A stretch of 40,497 nt of DNA from Thermoplasmatales archaeon SW_10_69_26. Lineage in GTDB: Archaea; Thermoplasmatota; SW-10-69-26. Below the pieces are notes generated by a model, which made no database searches, was not told the origin of the DNA, and saw only the letters and a list, made by a program, of their open reading frames with translations. Location: positions 104,244-144,740 of the forward strand of contig PXUB01000025.1 of assembly GCA_003009755.1 (NCBI GenBank), in the 5' to 3' direction. A program made the position numbers and the translations under genes. This document shows positions 37,036 through 40,497 of the stretch, piece after piece; position 1 is the first letter of the stretch; each line of letters starts with the position of its first letter.

Positions 37036-37563
37036 ATGGGCTACCTCGTCGTCGGGTGCTCGGGCTGTGGGACGCCGCGCGTGGCCGAGGCCGACAAGTC
37101 CACCGCCCAGTGCCCGCGCTGTGGGACGACGATCCAGCTCGACAAGGCTCGGATCCACGCCCGCACCGACGAGCTGGCCAAGGCCCAAGACGCCGTCGGA
37201 CAGGTGAACGCTCAGCGCGCCGGCGGCGAGCTCGTGCGCCCGGATCGGTCGACCCCCGCCGAGGCCGCCGGCGAAGAGACCGACGAGGCCGACGAGGGCG
37301 GCGTGGAGCCCTCACCGAGCGCTCGCGACGACATCGACCGGGCGCTCGCGCAAGCGCGCGAGGTCTCCAGCGAACGGATGCGGGTCCGGCTGACCGCCGA
37401 GGGGTTGACCCAGCAGCTGGGCACGTTCACCGAGGAGGACTGGTTGGCGGCGATGGATCGTCTGGACGTCTCCGAGCCCCGGGCTCGCGAGCACCTGCAA
37501 CGGCTGTCGCTTCGGTCGATCGTGGCCGAGCCCGAGCACGGCACCTACCGCTACATCGAGTGA
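37036..37563 (+). CDS. Archaeal zinc-ribbon protein (DUF1922/DUF5817-like) with probable C-terminal winged helix
   Basis: YLVVGCSGC...AQCPRCG; C-terminal L..L...SIVAEPEHGTYR. Confidence 0.75.
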   Translation: MGYLVVGCSGCGTPRVAEADKSTAQCPRCGTTIQLDKARIHARTDELAKAQDAVGQVNAQRAGGELVRPDRSTPAEAAGEETDEADEGGVEPSPSARDDIDRALAQAREVSSERMRVRLTAEGLTQQLGTFTEEDWLAAMDRLDVSEPRAREHLQRLSLRSIVAEPEHGTYRYIE

Positions 37564-37564
37564 C

Positions 37565-37942
37565 TCACTCGTCCCCGGCGACCACGTCGGCGACGGCCGA
37601 ACGCAGGGTCTCGAAGGGGATCACGCCCTGGAACCGCTTCTTCTCCCGCCAGCGTTTGCCCCACAGCAGGGCGTCCTCGTAGCGTGCGATGATCGTCGTC
37701 GGGACCGATCTGACGGTGAACTGCTCCGGCAGGGTCTCGTTCTCGTCGACGTCGACCGTCACGAACACGACGGACGCCTCCGGCTGCTCGCGGTCGAACC
37801 ATCCCGCCACGCGCTCGAAGATCGGTCGCTGACGCTCGCAGGGGCTGCACCACGTCGCGCCGAAGTCGATCGCCACGACGTCGGTCTCGCCCTCGAAGGA
37901 CGACAGCGAGCTCTCCTCGAAGGCCTGCCGTAGGGCCGGCAT
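37565..37942 (-). CDS. Thioredoxin family protein
   Basis: DFGATWCSPC, VDVDEN, VRSVPT. Confidence 0.92.
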   Translation of the reverse strand: MPALRQAFEESSLSSFEGETDVVAIDFGATWCSPCERQRPIFERVAGWFDREQPEASVVFVTVDVDENETLPEQFTVRSVPTTIIARYEDALLWGKRWREKKRFQGVIPFETLRSAVADVVAGDE

Positions 37943-38009
37943 CCACGCCTGTTTGGCACGGCCAGCGGCTTAAACGTTGGCGGGACGTCGGCGGTGCGTC
38001 GGGAACCGC

Positions 38010-38790
38010 TCACCCGACGGGGGCCTCGGGCAACGTGACCTTGAGGTCCTCAAGCACCACGGCGCCCGGCTGCCGGTTGCCGTTGTCCCCGTCCATCGGG
38101 TGGGTCGTGCCCAGCTGCAGGCGCAGCTCCTCGCCCGGGCCGACGTCGACGGCGACGCCGGCGAGAGCGAGCTGGAAGCTGTTGGCCTGCACGGGACCGT
38201 CCCGCGCAGCGGGACGACCTGGGCGTGGACGACGCGCTCGCTGTCGCCGTCGTCGTGGACGAGCGAGGCGTCGACGATCGCCTGCGAACCGGCGACCGTG
38301 ATCTCGCCATCCAGGGTCGGGATCCCGGCCACCGTGACCGGGCGGTCCGGGGCCAGCACGCTGCGTTGCACCGGCGAGGGCGCGCGGGCCGCCCGCTCGG
38401 CCTTGGCCTAGCCGGAGGCAACGGGCGGGCCCTGCGGCAGCACGACGTCGTCGATCGACGCCCTCCGGTTGGGACCCTCGCCGATCAGCGAGGTGTAGAC
38501 GTCGAGGCCATCGCGACGACGTTGTAGCCGCGCTCGGCGAAGAAACGGCCATCGCCGGTGCTGTCGGCGTAGCTGGGGCCCCAGCCGTGCCCCCACAGCA
38601 GGGTCCGTCTCCCCGCTGCCGGCGGCCTCGTACACGCGGCTCGGGATCTCGTGCCCGTCGAAGCTGGTGACCGTCGTCTCGTAGGCTCCGGCGCGTCGCG
38701 GCTGTCGGCAGCGCCCGCCGGGCTGACGACGGCCGGCACCGTGGCAAGCGTGGTCGTGATCGCGATCAAGACGGCGGCGAGCCTCCGCAT
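38010..38790 (-). pseudogene. Degraded secreted CocE/NonD (peptidase S15-like) hydrolase
   Basis: Signal peptide, VTSFDGHEI..RVY, LLWGHGWG, FAERGYNVVA and the C-terminal VAVDVGPGEELRL block lie in different frames; central catalytic region appears absent. Confidence 0.75.
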
Positions 38791-38851
38791 CGTGGGCCTC
38801 CTCGGCACGGTAGGGCCCGGGCGCGTCGAAGGCGTTTCGCTGCCGCCGGGG

Positions 38852-40168
38852 TCACGAGCCCACGGTCACCGTGGAGAGGTTGATCTGGCCGCCCACGGTT
38901 GGGGGCAGCCCCCACACGGCGATCGTTTCGCCCCCCGGAAGGGTTCCCAGATGGGCGAAGTCGGTGAAGCCCGTCTCGTCCGTGGAGGGGGGCTGGGCCA
39001 CCTGGACGGTCGTCGATCGGTTCGCCGACGGCGGCTCGTCTGCAGGGAAAGCCGTGAGATCGAGCAGGACGCGACCGTCCTGGGGATCCCCGAAACCGGC
39101 GACCCGGGCGGTCCCGTCGGTCACCTCGACCCAGGGCGCCTCCCGCTCGTTCTGGTTCTCGAGGCCAGGAACGGGAGTGGGGGTCCTCCACGTGGTCCCC
39201 CGGTCCGCCGACATCGCGTGGAGGACCCGCCCGTCGGGACCGTTCCAGGCAACGTGGACGCGGGCGCCGTCGCCGCTGGCCGAGATCGGGACGTTCGTGC
39301 CGGCGTCTCCGTTCTGTGGGTTCCAGATCACCGAGGTGGTGAAGCCCGAACCCTCGTCCGTCGATCGGGCCACGCGCATCGTCCCGTCCCTCCCGGAGGA
39401 ACCCGAGTAGTCGACGGTGAGGTAGGGGACCACGAGGGACCCGTCGGCGGTCGTGGCGGGCCGACCCCCGATGAGGCTCGTCGAACCGGGGAACGTGGGC
39501 GTTAGGTTCACCGGGGACCCGATGTCGCTGCCATCCTCGCTCAGCGTCACGGCGACGAGGTGGGCATCCTGCTGTTCCCGGGTCGTCCCCTGGTAGGCCT
39601 TCCATACGACGTGGGCTGCCCCGCCTGGACCGAACGTGGTCCACTGCCGGTCCGCGTTCCACGGGAACTCCGGCGGCCCGACGAAATGGTTGGCCGACCA
39701 GGTCTGCCCCCCGTCCTCGGAGACGGCGATCTGCACGCCCCCTCGCGTGGGATCGTCCACTTGCCACACCTGGCTGGGGAGCAGCGCGGTGTACCACAAC
39801 CGTCCCTCGTCGTCCACGCTGACGAGCGCGTCACCGATGACCGTGGTCCGGCTCTCGGGCGGTGGCGCGGGCCTGGAGCGGGTCTCCCATTCCCCCGACT
39901 CCGGGGATCGGACGTGGATGAGGTCGTTCCTCGCTCCCGTCACGTACACGGTTCCGTCCGGTCCGGCAGCCACCGTGGGCTCGAAGGCCCTCTCGGTCGA
40001 AACGGACGCGTAGTCGGTCGCGTTCACGATGGGGGCAGACGCGTTCGAGGGCGTTTGGTTCTGGGGGACGGAGGTGTCCTGCCCCGGATCCTGGCCCCCG
40101 AGGCTGAGGCACCCCGCGATCGCTAGGCAGGCAAGGATGACGAGAACCGCTGGCCGCTCGGCGTCCAT
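38852..40168 (-). CDS. Lipoprotein with BNR/Asp-box repeats (sialidase-like beta-propeller)
   Basis: Lipobox-like LAIAGC; SEDGGQTW, STDEGSGF and SADRGTTW Asp-boxes; EPTVA and DRQW motifs. Confidence 0.85.
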   Translation of the reverse strand: MDAERPAVLVILACLAIAGCLSLGGQDPGQDTSVPQNQTPSNASAPIVNATDYASVSTERAFEPTVAAGPDGTVYVTGARNDLIHVRSPESGEWETRSRPAPPPESRTTVIGDALVSVDDEGRLWYTALLPSQVWQVDDPTRGGVQIAVSEDGGQTWSANHFVGPPEFPWNADRQWTTFGPGGAAHVVWKAYQGTTREQQDAHLVAVTLSEDGSDIGSPVNLTPTFPGSTSLIGGRPATTADGSLVVPYLTVDYSGSSGRDGTMRVARSTDEGSGFTTSVIWNPQNGDAGTNVPISASGDGARVHVAWNGPDGRVLHAMSADRGTTWRTPTPVPGLENQNEREAPWVEVTDGTARVAGFGDPQDGRVLLDLTAFPADEPPSANRSTTVQVAQPPSTDETGFTDFAHLGTLPGGETIAVWGLPPTVGGQINLSTVTVGS

Positions 40169-40401
40169 CCGCGCACACAGTCGCCCGCCACGTATCTGAA
40201 CCTTTCTGTGGTCTTCCTGGTCAGGCTCGGAGGGACAGAGACCGTGGCGAACCGTTGGCTTCGGGCGAGGAGTTCGGCGAGAGGGAGAGCTTGCGGGGGG
40301 TCTTGCATGGCCTCAAAGCCGGCCGAACTCGGGACGAGGGGGAGCTCTCCGCAGGAGGAAGCCGGTGCGGGACGGGCCCGACGGCCCCGTGAGAAAGGGA
40401 A

Positions 40402-40490
40402 TGCGATGCGAGCATCGGGCCGCGCGGTCCGTGTCGGCCAGCGATGCTCGCACGTCGCACGAACGCGCGTGAATCGTGTCGCGTTCGTGC
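40402..40490. repeat. Two adjacent strong inverted repeats (hairpins)
   Basis: tgcgagcatcg 40407-40417 / cgatgctcgca 40442-40452; gcacgaacgcg 40457-40467 / cgcgttcgtgc 40480-40490. Confidence 0.8.
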
Positions 40491-40497
40491 TTCCGCG

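Noticed and set aside
40260-40400. RNase P RNA (GAGGAAG-like motif)
   Set aside because: Lacks the conserved GAGGAAAGUCC-type P4 context and its partner strand.

Overview
High-GC archaeal chromosomal window dominated by core genes. The minus strand carries the full archaeal ribosomal protein cluster (rpl3 through rpl15, secY, adkA, DUF106, cmk; ~17.0-33.2 kb) and an smc-scpA-scpB condensin operon. Other recognisable genes are trm1, rlmE, ferritin, a 1-Cys peroxiredoxin, leucyl aminopeptidase, pdaD and a thioredoxin. Gene order (SUI1 between rpl29 and rnp1, long SecY, scpB present, no rpl34e/rpl14e) and a strongly acidic proteome suggest a halophilic Thermoplasmatota-like archaeon rather than a classical haloarchaeon (inference). 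No rRNA, tRNA, CRISPR array, transposase or recognisable defence system was found, and I cannot point to one clearly new multi-gene system. The best leads are: (i) a tandem pair of paralogous small proteins ending in -MLR, each with its own TATA box, one absent from the ORF track; (ii) a multi-hairpin repeated element at the left edge with similar hairpins at the right edge; (iii) a ~170-nt structured rpl3 leader with three GAGCAUCC motifs; (iv) homologous helix-hairpin-helix domains fused to both uS3 and eL32; (v) an apparent CTG start for rps4e; (vi) a translationally coupled DUF1614-RDD-small protein-zinc-ribbon membrane operon. All product calls come from motif recognition by eye, not database searches.
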